From: a virus | Lineage: Duplodnaviria > Caudoviricetes | Length of the DNA: 64,000 bases | Strand: one strand, 5' to 3' | Virus record (IMG/VR): IMGVR_UViG_3300028833_000104 | Location: 36,765-100,764 of that record | Part shown: one piece after another, positions 11,290 to 21,310 of the stretch | Layout of the letters: every line of letters begins with the position of its first letter | Position numbering within the stretch: position 1 is the first letter of the stretch | Program-made: the position numbers and the translations under genes | Notes under the pieces: generated by a model | Told to the model about the DNA's origin: nothing | Database searches by the model: none | What the model saw: only the letters and a program-made list of their open reading frames with translations

Positions 11290-12339
11290 TTAGAAATTAT
11301 CCTTTCAGTATTCCTCAGGTAAACCTGTGAATTCATAATTACTTTTTAATATTGTTTTTATGGTAACAACATGGGTTGAAGAATTTAGTAGTTTATTTTT
11401 ATGTTTTGACTTTGGCTTGTTTTTTAACTTAGGATTATATCCCTTTTCATACTTTGAACAATATGGAAAATTTTCATGAAACCATTTATTAAGTACCTTG
11501 TTTTTATATATATCTATACTTGAATCTGTATCGTTTATACATATCGTATCAAAGTTATTCAAAACTCTATTAATACTTATATCCCCACTATAACTACTTA
11601 AATAACCAACCAATAAATTAGAATTTTCTTGTAGATTTATTTTATAAAGATATAAAGAGTATAAGTAACAAGTCAAATTTTTACTTTCTCTGAATTGACT
11701 TAAACTATCTAATATATCTTTTTCATAATTATTATAACATTCGGCTCATTTAGATTTTAAATAAGGCCTAAATTCGTGACCTAATCTTAAATAAGGAATA
11801 GAATTTTTTTTATTAAAAATCAAATCGTTGTTATTCTGACACATTTGGAAAAAATTACTTTTAGTTGTCTTTGGGTCCTGATTGCTGGATTTAACATTAA
11901 ATTTAACCTTTGATTCCGTAAAAAAATCTGTTGGTTGTAAACATGATAGTGCATAAAAATCGTCATTTATATAAATAAAATGTTCCTCTAAATCCTTAAT
12001 ATTATGTAAAAATAACTCTATTGTACCACTGTTAAATGTTGGTAGAAATCTTCTTGGAATAAATTGTTCATGTAATATAACTTTTATTTTTGTTTGATCT
12101 AATCAATCAGGAACTTGGGAATAAGATTGTACTATAAAAAATAAATTATTAATTCAACTTAAATTTGTATCAATAGATCTAAACAGATATCTTAAAAAAT
12201 TATCCTGTCCTCGAAATCTATTTAAGGCATTACTATCTTCTTTTTTTAGTTTACTTGGATTATACTTATTATATAATTTTATCCAATTTTCATCAGAACT
12301 ATCAACATAGGGTATAACTAAATCTACTTTAAACTTCAT
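11290..12339 (-). CDS. Stealth-family hexose-1-phosphoryl transferase
   Basis: CR1 VDLVIPYVDSSDENW; CR2 LRYLFRSI, QVPD[TGA]L, LPTFNSGTIE, FIYINDDF; joined through 4 TGA. Confidence 0.85.
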
Positions 12340-13810
12340 AATTTATATCTCACCTTTCTTTTAGATATATTTTCTTTTCATCTGTAAATTTATTTATATT
12401 AAAGAAATAATCTAGATTAATTTCTTTTTTACTTCAAACGGCATCAGTTCTTTTGAATTTTTGATTCATAAATTCATCTAATGTTTTGGTCATATAATGA
12501 TTTATATATATATTTTCATTCTTATAATTTGATGCATCTATTACAATCTCATCTGAACAACTTTTACCGGAAGGATAACATGATTTTGCTACGTCCCTTA
12601 ATTTATCATAGGATGCATAATGAACAGAATTCATTTTTAATAAACGTTTACCTTTGATTATACATTTACCGGCATTACTGTATTTACCTTTATTTTTAAT
12701 TATCTTGGTAAAGAAATTAAAAACAGGTATATTTAAATCACGTTGAATTACATTATCATCACCAAATAAGTTTCATTTTATTCTTATTTGATCTACATCA
12801 ATTTTATTTATTTTTTCTAATAAATAATTTATATTGTCAATACCATAAATAAATTCATCCACATCTAAAAAGGCACATCAATCATATAGTCTATTATATT
12901 TTAATATAAAATCATTATAACATTTTTGTTGTAATTGTGGTTCATGTTTTCCTTTAACTGAAATAATGGTAACAGCATATCTTAAATGTTTTTTAATATA
13001 ATGTATTAAATCCTCTTTATCCAAATCATTGTTATCATAGATAAATATTTTATCAAAACCAAGTTTTAAATGGTATTCCACTCAATTATTTATGTAAAGT
13101 TCTTCATTTTTTGCAATACAAACAGCAACATTTCCTCATTTACTAGTTTTTATATTATTTAAAAGCCTATAAACTTTATTAATAAATTGTGTATGAGGAC
13201 AATCTGTATCTCAAATATTATTATCTATTATCTCAACATATTTTAAATTATACTTTTTAACATATATATTAAATTCATTGGAATTATAATTTCATGTTTT
13301 AGCCTTATTATTAATTACCTTTGTACCCACAAAAATTACCTTCTCTAAAACGTTGTATTTTTTTAAAACCTCTATAACTCCTTCTATAAAGTCTTTATAT
13401 AAGGTTCCGTCTTTTTTATTTACAGAAAATTCATTCAAATTAAAAGTAAAATAATAATTTTTATTTTTTAGTAATTCATAATAAAAGTTATTAAATGTTT
13501 CACATCTTTTTTTAAGTTCTTGTTGATATTTAATTGTTGAGGGATCATGATGAGCAATTCAAACGGTATCACTAGGATACTTTGAGAAAAATTCATAATC
13601 TTCTGGTCAGCTCTTCTTCCTTGGTACCTTATCATATGGTGTATTTATAATATAATCTAAGTATTTATTAGAAAATAATAAATCTAAGCACTTAGGTTTC
13701 CCAACAATAACGTTATCCACAGGTCCTTTTATTCGATTTTTACCTAAAAATCCAATGCAGGCACAATTTCCACCAATAGACATGAATTTCAAATCTTGTA
13801 AATTAACCAT
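12329..13810 (-). CDS. fusion of a DUF1796-like domain and a GT2/GT92-type glycosyltransferase
   Basis: Three track ORFs in one frame joined by about 10 TGA; N-terminal SIGGNC...GPVD; C-terminal CIAKNEELYINN[W]VEYH..GFDKIFIYDN and [W]CAFLDVDEF. Confidence 0.75.
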
Positions 13811-13846
13811 ACCTATCTTTCCTTTCAATAAATAGTATTTATATAA

Positions 13847-13855
13847 TAATTTAGT
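13847..13855 (-). promoter_or_regulatory. ACTAAATTA motif, putative late promoter (also 11277, 21295, 40510, 47304, 58527)
   Basis: Same 9-mer found at six intergenic or gene-end sites on the coding strand. Confidence 0.55.
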
Positions 13856-13883
13856 GATAAAAAGAAAAGAGGTATATTCTTAT

Positions 13884-14192
13884 TTATACCCCTTCATATG
13901 GTGCTATTTCTCTAATTTTAACACTACCGTCTGTAAATAGTATAGCTTCTATATAAGTAACTGCCTCTATTGGCATTAATCTTATTTCATATTCTACACT
14001 TTTACTTTCTCTTACAGCAGTCATATAATAGCTTTTAATTACATTATCTGTAACAAATCTATTTAATTCATCTCTAAAAATATATTTTAGATACATTCTC
14101 TTTTCATTATCTGAATTATGATAAATTCTAAAGTATTCTTTAACTTTACTAAGTAATGTACCAAAATTTTTAGGTTCTTTACTTATTACCAA
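13884..14192 (-). CDS. hypothetical protein
   Basis: ORF overlapping the end of the vWA gene and followed by a terminator-like hairpin. Confidence 0.55.
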   Translation of the reverse strand: MVISKEPKNFGTLLSKVKEYFRIYHNSDNEKRMYLKYIFRDELNRFVTDNVIKSYYMTAVRESKSVEYEIRLMPIEAVTYIEAILFTDGSVKIREIAPYEGV

Positions 14193-15067
14193 CTAACAAC
14201 ACCACCATTAAAAGGTGTAGCCTCTGTTAAAATTTGTGTTGTAGGTTCATTAGCGCTATTAGTAACAATTTCTGAAATAACAGCTGGTAAACTATTCATT
14301 GTTACTACCTTGTAATGATCCTCAGGTAATACCTCAGTAAATGTTTGCTTTGCTAATCTCTTATAATATTGATAGCAAGTTGACTCATCATCTACTGCTA
14401 AATGATAAATATCAAATTTTTGAGATGCTTCTTGATATAACTTCTTTGTATCAACATCTGCTTGTTCCTTACTACCCATATAAGCATTTAATGCACTTTT
14501 ACCTAAAACTGGATTTAGAGGTTCATCACCTAATGTAATGATAATACCTTTTCTACCTCTATTCCAACAATCTAATTTACAATTATGTAAACCAGCATAC
14601 CAAGCGATAGAGTAAGATTCAAATTGATTACCTCCTCCACCACCTTCAAAATATACCTTATCTAAATGTTCTGCAATTCTAATATCTGACTCAAATTGTG
14701 ACATTTGAATTGGTGCATTATCATATTCAATATCACCAATAGCCATAATACTGAATTCAACATCCTTAGTTTGTGATAAGATATCAGTCATAATCTTATT
14801 TAAAGTTTTTGCAACCTTAACAGCACCGTTACCCATTGAACCTGTAACATCTAAACCTAAAATTACAGGAATTGTATTTGGATGCTCTGCACTATCGCAA
14901 CATTCTCTAATCTTATTCTTAATATTTAAATCTTCATTTAAACGTCTAGAAGTAAATCTTTCTTGAGCTGTAAAGCTATCTGTTACAACTCCTGACTTAT
15001 CTAAAGTATAACCTCTACTAGTTGCATAGCTTGAATAAGAACTTGTAGTCCAAGATCCGCCACCCAT
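14186..15067 (-). CDS. von Willebrand factor A domain protein
   Basis: MIDAS DVTGSMG, GGGGNQFESY, LGDEP; MGGGSW N-terminus. Confidence 0.85.
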   Translation of the reverse strand: MGGGSWTTSSYSSYATSRGYTLDKSGVVTDSFTAQERFTSRRLNEDLNIKNKIRECCDSAEHPNTIPVILGLDVTGSMGNGAVKVAKTLNKIMTDILSQTKDVEFSIMAIGDIEYDNAPIQMSQFESDIRIAEHLDKVYFEGGGGGNQFESYSIAWYAGLHNCKLDCWNRGRKGIIITLGDEPLNPVLGKSALNAYMGSKEQADVDTKKLYQEASQKFDIYHLAVDDESTCYQYYKRLAKQTFTEVLPEDHYKVVTMNSLPAVISEIVTNSANEPTTQILTEATPFNGGVVSW

Positions 15068-15070
15068 AAA

Positions 15071-15679
15071 TTATTCCTCCTTTGTTTCTACTTCTTCGTC
15101 TTCATCACCAAATAGGTTATCAAACATTCCGCCTTCACCATCGAAGTTAAACATATCTCCAAATGGATTAGATCCACCTGACATCATCATTAACATCATT
15201 GGATTCATTCCGCCAGTATTTCCACCAAATAGGTTTCCACCATTACCAAACATTGTATTCATCATCATATACTTCATAATGGTATTCTTATCAAATGCCT
15301 TATTACCAAACATTGATACAATCTTTGAATACATATAAGTTCCACCTAAGAATGTATGTCTTTCAGGTAGAATATTTTTAATTGATGCATCATCATAATT
15401 TAAAATCTTAATTTCTCCATCAGTTTCAGGTGCTAGTACATATGCAGGTTTACCACTAACTAAAATAATATCTCCTGCTTTAACCTTATTTGTAGGTACT
15501 ACGAAGAAGAATTCTGAACCAATATCAAATACGAAATTATCACAATTAATTAATCTTTTCTTCTTTGCATCATAATACTTATAATCATTACCAATCTTTA
15601 CTGCCATTTGTCCATTTAAACCTAATCTAATAAGTCCTGGTTGAACTTTACCAAATGTAAAATTACTTAATACACTCAT
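15071..15679 (-). CDS. hypothetical protein with a Gly/Met-rich low-complexity C-terminus
   Basis: GGMNPMMLMMMSGG segment; lies between the PurA-like and vWA genes. Confidence 0.75.
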   Translation of the reverse strand: MSVLSNFTFGKVQPGLIRLGLNGQMAVKIGNDYKYYDAKKKRLINCDNFVFDIGSEFFFVVPTNKVKAGDIILVSGKPAYVLAPETDGEIKILNYDDASIKNILPERHTFLGGTYMYSKIVSMFGNKAFDKNTIMKYMMMNTMFGNGGNLFGGNTGGMNPMMLMMMSGGSNPFGDMFNFDGEGGMFDNLFGDEDEEVETKEE

Positions 15680-15704
15680 TTTTAATATCTCCTTTTCTTT
15701 TTTA

Positions 15705-16838
15705 CTAATTATTTATACAATTAACTTCATCATAAAATCTAAAAATCTGAGTAAAATTTTTATTTTTTATTTTTTCTGAAGGTAATTCCTCTTCATTACA
15801 ATGTGTAACTACTAGATAATTCTTTGCATATAGATTACTATCTATAATATCTGAATCAATTCTTTCCATCATATTTTGAATAGATTCATCATCAAACTTT
15901 GCAAATCTAATACAACCTTGATATAAATTTGGTTTATTAGTTTGATCTTCATAATCTAAATCAATATCTTCGTTTTCTAATACACCATCACCGTGTCTAC
16001 TTAGATAAGTTCTAGTTATATAATATCTATGAATTTCATGCTCAGTTTTTTGAGCGTCTGCCATATATAATAACCATTCAGGAATAATTGAACCTGTTCT
16101 AGTAGGAGTACCATTTACTTTATCATACTCCTTATCTAATCCTAAACCTTGACCTTGTTCAAAAGTAATGTTATCATATTCATTATATATTTCCTTCATA
16201 GATTTAATTGCAATATTATTAAAGAAGAAATCTAAATCTTTTAAGAAATTATTAATAATGAAATTATCTTCCTTAATTAATTTACTTTCTTCATAATCAC
16301 TATTCTTAATCCATTCTAATTCCTTATAATATTCCTTTATTTTTAATAGTTCTTCAACCCATATATCTTTATTACCGTATAGGTCTGAAACCCTTTTAAA
16401 ATGGAAGTTTTTATCATTGTATCTATCAATAGTCTCTTTAATACCACAACCTGTACTTCTATTACTAATACCTCTTCTAGTACCTTTACCTCTTAATTTC
16501 TCTCTTACAATATTTGCTAAACAATCAAATGGAGTTGTTAATCTACATTCATAACCAACATATAATAAAGGTTTATTTCCTAATTCTACAAATTCTTCTC
16601 TAAACTTAATAGGATTTACAATAAATTCTGAACTAGCATAAGTTGCAGCACCTTTTAGTGTTGCACTTCCAAAATGATGGAATACATGTCTTTTACCTTC
16701 ATATACCACGGTATGACCTCTTTGTGGACCACCATTAGTTAATACTACAACACCTTCTTTTGGAGTTATGTAGTTTGTAAATAAACCTTTTCCTTCATCA
16801 CCATAATTGGCTCCAATTACAATATTTATTTTTTTCAT
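15705..16838 (-). CDS. divergent adenylosuccinate synthetase (PurA)-like protein
   Basis: GANYGDEGKG, GGPQRGHTV, EQGQGLGLD, TRTYLSRHGDG; the TTGR substrate loop is absent. Confidence 0.8.
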   Translation of the reverse strand: MKKINIVIGANYGDEGKGLFTNYITPKEGVVVLTNGGPQRGHTVVYEGKRHVFHHFGSATLKGAATYASSEFIVNPIKFREEFVELGNKPLLYVGYECRLTTPFDCLANIVREKLRGKGTRRGISNRSTGCGIKETIDRYNDKNFHFKRVSDLYGNKDIWVEELLKIKEYYKELEWIKNSDYEESKLIKEDNFIINNFLKDLDFFFNNIAIKSMKEIYNEYDNITFEQGQGLGLDKEYDKVNGTPTRTGSIIPEWLLYMADAQKTEHEIHRYYITRTYLSRHGDGVLENEDIDLDYEDQTNKPNLYQGCIRFAKFDDESIQNMMERIDSDIIDSNLYAKNYLVVTHCNEEELPSEKIKNKNFTQIFRFYDEVNCINN

Positions 16839-16840
16839 TA

Positions 16841-17266
16841 CTACACACCCCATTTCTGTAAAACATTGTTGGCAAAATCCTCTGCCCATTTTTGATTATG
16901 AGGGTCCTCAGGCTCATAATCACATCCATAATCCTCTATATCATAAGCAGATATCCAACCATAATTAGGATCTTCATATCCACCACGTTGACGCATTTTA
17001 TCATATTCCTTGTAATACTCGTATGCTCCTCTAGATAAATATGTTTCTTTTAAAAATTTAAAAGCTTCGTCTCTATTACAAGGATAAGTATCTTTATATC
17101 TATATGGTTCTAATGTTGGTTGTACATTATCTTCAATAACTTTACCGATATAATTAGGTCCGGAAACTAAATCTCCAACCTTAATATTTTCATTTGCTTT
17201 ATAAACATATTTGGTTGATGAATAAGTATTACCCATATAATATTGTTCTAATCTAACTAATCTCAT
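16841..17266 (-). CDS. hypothetical protein
   Basis: ORF packed within the operon. Confidence 0.6.
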   Translation of the reverse strand: MRLVRLEQYYMGNTYSSTKYVYKANENIKVGDLVSGPNYIGKVIEDNVQPTLEPYRYKDTYPCNRDEAFKFLKETYLSRGAYEYYKEYDKMRQRGGYEDPNYGWISAYDIEDYGCDYEPEDPHNQKWAEDFANNVLQKWGV

Positions 17267-17267
17267 A

Positions 17268-17507
17268 TTATAACACCTTCTTAATTACACCGTATGCTGA
17301 ATTATCACCGCTATATTGCCAACGAACAATACCATCTTCATCTCTATACATGTCTTGTTTTTGGTGTTCAGGTTTTAAATAGGATTGAAATACATCCCAT
17401 CTATCCTCCCAATCACAAACTGCTTTAACATCAGCAATACAAATCTTTTCATCGGTAATTGAATCTAAATATTTTATATCTTCAAATACAATTATTACCG
17501 CTCTCAT
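17268..17507 (-). CDS. hypothetical protein
   Basis: ORF with GGAGG RBS. Confidence 0.6.
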   Translation of the reverse strand: MRAVIIVFEDIKYLDSITDEKICIADVKAVCDWEDRWDVFQSYLKPEHQKQDMYRDEDGIVRWQYSGDNSAYGVIKKVL

Positions 17508-17518
17508 ATTTAATCCTC

Positions 17519-18796
17519 CTACTTTTTATTTTCTAATTCTCTACAAACCTTAGCAATTTCCTTTAACCCCTTTTCAGCGTATTGTAGGTTCTTTACCTTA
17601 AATGAAAAACCAATTCCTCTTTCCTTATTATAATCAAAACTCTTAACAACAATACCTTCATGTTGTAAATAAGTTTTCCATAATTTATCATTTTCATTTG
17701 GATGATATTGTAAACCGGTATTGATTGTTTGAGGAGTCCAAGCAACACCTTCAGCATATTTTACTAACTTATCAATAGTATCAAATTGACCCATATCATT
17801 AATTACATCTACTAATGGAACTCTTTGTAAACCTAACTTATCAAGAATTGGTGCCATTTCATACCAGTTTCTTTCAATCCACTTACCATCAATTAATTCC
17901 TTTAATCTAAATACAAACCATTGTATTTCCTTAAAGTCATAAATATTTTCTTGAATACCTGGACCTACTTGTTCACCTTGAATCATTAATAAGTGACCAG
18001 TTTTCTTATAATATTCCTTTAACTTCTTTGCAATATCATATCTTTTTGCTGTGTTATAGAAAAGTATACCATTACTTTCACCTTCAACTAATCTATTATT
18101 TCTAGAACATACATAGAATTCATACTTCTTTTTAGGGTCTAATGAACAAGTAAATGATTGACCTTCCATCTTAGCTGTAATAAATGCGCTAGTTCCAGGA
18201 AACTCGCTAATAAGTGCTTTACGATTTTGAATTGTATCTTCATCAGACTTTGAAATAATATTTGTTGGAAATGAGCCTTTTGTATACTTTCTGCGTCTAG
18301 CATCCATATACATATTTCCAATCCATCTAGTTAATTTATGTTTTAAGAAGAACTTAATAATTCTAGGAACCTTTGGCATCTTTTTAGGGGACGCATCCTC
18401 TTCTGGTTCATACTTTCTAATATTTAATTTATCAGTTACATCAGTTTCAGGTTTTAAATTTTCAGGTAATCCTGCTTCTTTTAAAGTTACGCATAAACCC
18501 CAAGACTTAACTCTATCACCTTTTTCACCATTTAAATCCTTTGCACCCATTGTCATAGGCTTAATTAAAAATCCTTTTAAGTCTTCTCTATAACAACGCT
18601 TTCTTAAAAATTCCCATTTTTGCTCTACTGGTAAAATAGCACCTTCTTGAATAAATACCATTTTATCACCAACATTATTTTCTACTGGGACAATTGCTTC
18701 ATAACCATTTTCCTTGAATGTTACTACACAAATTCTATCCTTTTCAAACATCTTATTTTTTGTTTCAATACTTACAATACTTGCTAAATCTCTCAT
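17519..18796 (-). CDS. RNA ligase, DRB0094/Rnl2-like family
   Basis: MRxLAS N-terminus, TAKMEGQS (motif I), VCSRN, IQGEQVGPGIQEN, EGIVVK, SFKVKN. Confidence 0.85.
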   Translation of the reverse strand: MRDLASIVSIETKNKMFEKDRICVVTFKENGYEAIVPVENNVGDKMVFIQEGAILPVEQKWEFLRKRCYREDLKGFLIKPMTMGAKDLNGEKGDRVKSWGLCVTLKEAGLPENLKPETDVTDKLNIRKYEPEEDASPKKMPKVPRIIKFFLKHKLTRWIGNMYMDARRRKYTKGSFPTNIISKSDEDTIQNRKALISEFPGTSAFITAKMEGQSFTCSLDPKKKYEFYVCSRNNRLVEGESNGILFYNTAKRYDIAKKLKEYYKKTGHLLMIQGEQVGPGIQENIYDFKEIQWFVFRLKELIDGKWIERNWYEMAPILDKLGLQRVPLVDVINDMGQFDTIDKLVKYAEGVAWTPQTINTGLQYHPNENDKLWKTYLQHEGIVVKSFDYNKERGIGFSFKVKNLQYAEKGLKEIAKVCRELENKK

Positions 18797-18807
18797 ATTA
18801 CCATCTC

Positions 18808-19359
18808 CTAAACTATTCTCATAACTTGTTTTACTTTTAATTTTGAATATGGATTTAAACCATTTTCCATATAAACATCTACAATAATATATGTCTTATC
18901 TAAAACTTTAATATAGTCATATTTATCAGCTAACATACTATTAGTATAAATTATTGTATCGTCCTCTTCATCACCTATACAACAATTAATTTCATAAAGG
19001 TTAAAATTTTCTGTATCAAAAACTTTTGCTTTTAAATCAAATCTAATACGGTTTGCTACAGAATCTTCTAATTTATTAGAACTAAAATTAAGCCAAACTT
19101 GTCCGTGTTGAGGATCTTCTAATTCAGAATTAGATTTATCCTTTTCTTTCTTTTCAGGACCTGGACTTATAAATGTTATACTAGCTTCCATTAATAATAT
19201 TAAAGTTGTCATTCCCCAAAATATCCAACTAAATGGAGTTATAATTGAGGTAGAATCCTCTTTTACATTAATAATGATAAAGATATAAAATGGAATCATA
19301 AATCCTAATACAATTAATGTCATTATTAAAAATGTAATTAATTTCTTTTTCCTAGTCAT
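18808..19359 (-). CDS. membrane protein (2 N-terminal TM segments)
   Basis: Two hydrophobic stretches; RBS AAGGAAGGTG. Confidence 0.65.
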   Translation of the reverse strand: MTRKKKLITFLIMTLIVLGFMIPFYIFIIINVKEDSTSIITPFSWIFWGMTTLILLMEASITFISPGPEKKEKDKSNSELEDPQHGQVWLNFSSNKLEDSVANRIRFDLKAKVFDTENFNLYEINCCIGDEEDDTIIYTNSMLADKYDYIKVLDKTYIIVDVYMENGLNPYSKLKVKQVMRIV

Positions 19360-19391
19360 AATTTTACACCTTCCTTTTAATTTACATTTAT

Positions 19392-19420
19392 ATTATATAT
19401 TAAAATATAAATAAAATCAA
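19392..19420 (-). promoter_or_regulatory. sigma70/sigmaA-type promoter
   Basis: TTGATT-17 nt-TATAAT about 30 nt upstream of ATG 19359. Confidence 0.65.
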
Positions 19421-19423
19421 GAC

Positions 19424-19834
19424 CTAATTTATATATATCTTAGCTATATATGGATATTCAGTTAATAAATTAATATTAGCTATTCTACCGGATTCAAGAT
19501 TTTTATCTTTTATAATCTTCACTTTAATATTATTAGGTTTATTATATCCAATTACTTCATATATAGTATTAAATTTTCTAAATTCAATTGTTGAAGATTC
19601 GATATATTTTGGTGTAGGAGGATTATCAAAAGTTATATAATCACCAATAGCAAATTCTTGACTTCTATCCTTTTCAATTTGGATAGTTTCCTCCTCTTTT
19701 TGTGGGTTAATTTCATTTATCAAATCTGCCATGAATTCATTTATAATTGTTGCCTCATTTACCTTATCGGCTAATAAATAAGTTTTAACTTTATTATATC
19801 CTATTCTAAGAATTTGTTGAATAATATTTTCCAT
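19424..19834 (-). CDS. hypothetical protein
   Basis: Intact ORF. Confidence 0.6.
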   Translation of the reverse strand: MENIIQQILRIGYNKVKTYLLADKVNEATIINEFMADLINEINPQKEEETIQIEKDRSQEFAIGDYITFDNPPTPKYIESSTIEFRKFNTIYEVIGYNKPNNIKVKIIKDKNLESGRIANINLLTEYPYIAKIYIN

Positions 19835-19846
19835 ATAATTATTTTC

Positions 19847-20164
19847 CTACCTTTCATTTAATTGCCATTCTTTATAATCTTCCCATATATCATCATACAT
19901 CTTAATATATTTTTCGGCATCTTCTTTTAAACAAGGTACAGCCCAAGAACTACCAAAAGGTTCAACATAAATTCCTAGATTATAAGCAACCGAATTCATA
20001 CAAGCTACCATAATTTCGGATTCATCTAAATTTTCCCTACCTGGTAATTTTCTATATAATTTTTCAGTCCAATATTTATGTCTAAATAAAATACCTGTTG
20101 AATAAGCAATTTTCATTGCTAATCTATATTCTAATTTATATCCTTCATCATCAAAATCAGTCAT
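19847..20164 (-). CDS. hypothetical protein
   Basis: Intact ORF, GAGGTG RBS. Confidence 0.6.
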   Translation of the reverse strand: MTDFDDEGYKLEYRLAMKIAYSTGILFRHKYWTEKLYRKLPGRENLDESEIMVACMNSVAYNLGIYVEPFGSSWAVPCLKEDAEKYIKMYDDIWEDYKEWQLNER

Positions 20165-20206
20165 CTATTTCACCTCTAATTTTTAATTTTCATATTATTT
20201 ATACAA

Positions 20207-20229
20207 TAAAAAAAGAGCGATATTCGCTC
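20207..20229 (-). terminator. intrinsic terminator after nrdG
   Basis: GAGCGA/TCGCTC hairpin plus T-run on the minus strand. Confidence 0.75.
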
Positions 20230-20254
20230 AAATTTTAATATTTTTTAATATTTT

Positions 20255-20782
20255 TTAATTTTCATATAATGTTATTTCTTGATTTTGTAATGTTTTCTTT
20301 ACATCAATTACTCTTTGATTTGCTGAACCTTTATATTTTAAATTAGGATTTGCCTTATCAATTTCAAATTGACCATCAACTACAACATCAAGATTTTTAA
20401 TTAATTCTAAATAATTTCTAACATCCTCATATTTTAAAATTAAATCATCAAATAAAGCATCTACTTCAAATCCTGTCCATAACCAAATATCTTTACCAGG
20501 ACATTCTTTTCTAAATCTTTTTACAATTTCTAAAACTGTATCTACATTATTTTCATGTAAAGGTTCCCCTCCTAAAATACTTAATCCTTGAATATGTTCA
20601 CCTTTACATAAGTCTATTAACTTATCAAATATTTCATCTGTAAATTCTTTTCCACCATTAAAGTCCCAAGTATCTTGATTAAAACATCCTTTACAATGAA
20701 ATGAACATCCTTGAACAAATATACTTACTCTAATTCCTGGACCATTTGAAATATCTGTTTTTCTTATTTTTGCATATCTCAT
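20255..20782 (-). CDS. nrdG: anaerobic ribonucleotide reductase activase
   Basis: NGPGIRVSIFVQGCSFHCKGCFN, GGEP, GSANQRVID. Confidence 0.95.
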   Translation of the reverse strand: MRYAKIRKTDISNGPGIRVSIFVQGCSFHCKGCFNQDTWDFNGGKEFTDEIFDKLIDLCKGEHIQGLSILGGEPLHENNVDTVLEIVKRFRKECPGKDIWLWTGFEVDALFDDLILKYEDVRNYLELIKNLDVVVDGQFEIDKANPNLKYKGSANQRVIDVKKTLQNQEITLYEN

Positions 20783-20871
20783 AATTAGTACCTCCACCTT
20801 ATAAATAATTATACAATAAACAGGAAAAATAAAAAGGTCTTTTGACCTTAATTATTTATTTTTAAATACTT

Positions 20872-21276
20872 TTAACAGTACATATCGGCTATTTCACCAG
20901 GATTAACATAAATGAATAAATAGTCGTTATCTATTATTGAGTGTAAAAGTTGGCTATGCATTCTTACCATAAAGTTACCTGCAGGTTGTTTAATAGCATC
21001 CTTGATTTTGTTATACACACTTTCACGGTTATCCTCAGTTATTTTTATACTCTTATACTCAGCATTATTGGGGTCAGTATAACCAATATATAAATATACA
21101 GGAGGTTTATCCTCTGCAGACCACTCTATAAGCATATCTCGTAATCAATTTAAATCAATACTTTCAAATTTGTCAGTTTTAACTTTATTTAAAATAGCAG
21201 GTTCAAAAAGACCTTCATTAATTTTTTTACTTTTACCATTTAATTCTTTCAAGGCTTCTTTTATTGAATATGACAT
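20872..21276 (-). CDS. hypothetical protein (possible virion protein) inserted between nrdD and nrdG
   Basis: Extends through a TGA to ATG 21276 with AAGGAG RBS; has its own ACTAAATTA motif and terminator. Confidence 0.65.
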
Positions 21277-21310
21277 AATATCTCTCCTTATAAATAATTT
21301 AGTTGTATTA

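Noticed and set aside
15705-16838. PurZ / 2-aminoadenine (Z) genome
   Set aside because: The motif is GDEGKG with Asp retained, not the PurZ GSTGKG type, and the HD protein at 3618 is unlinked.
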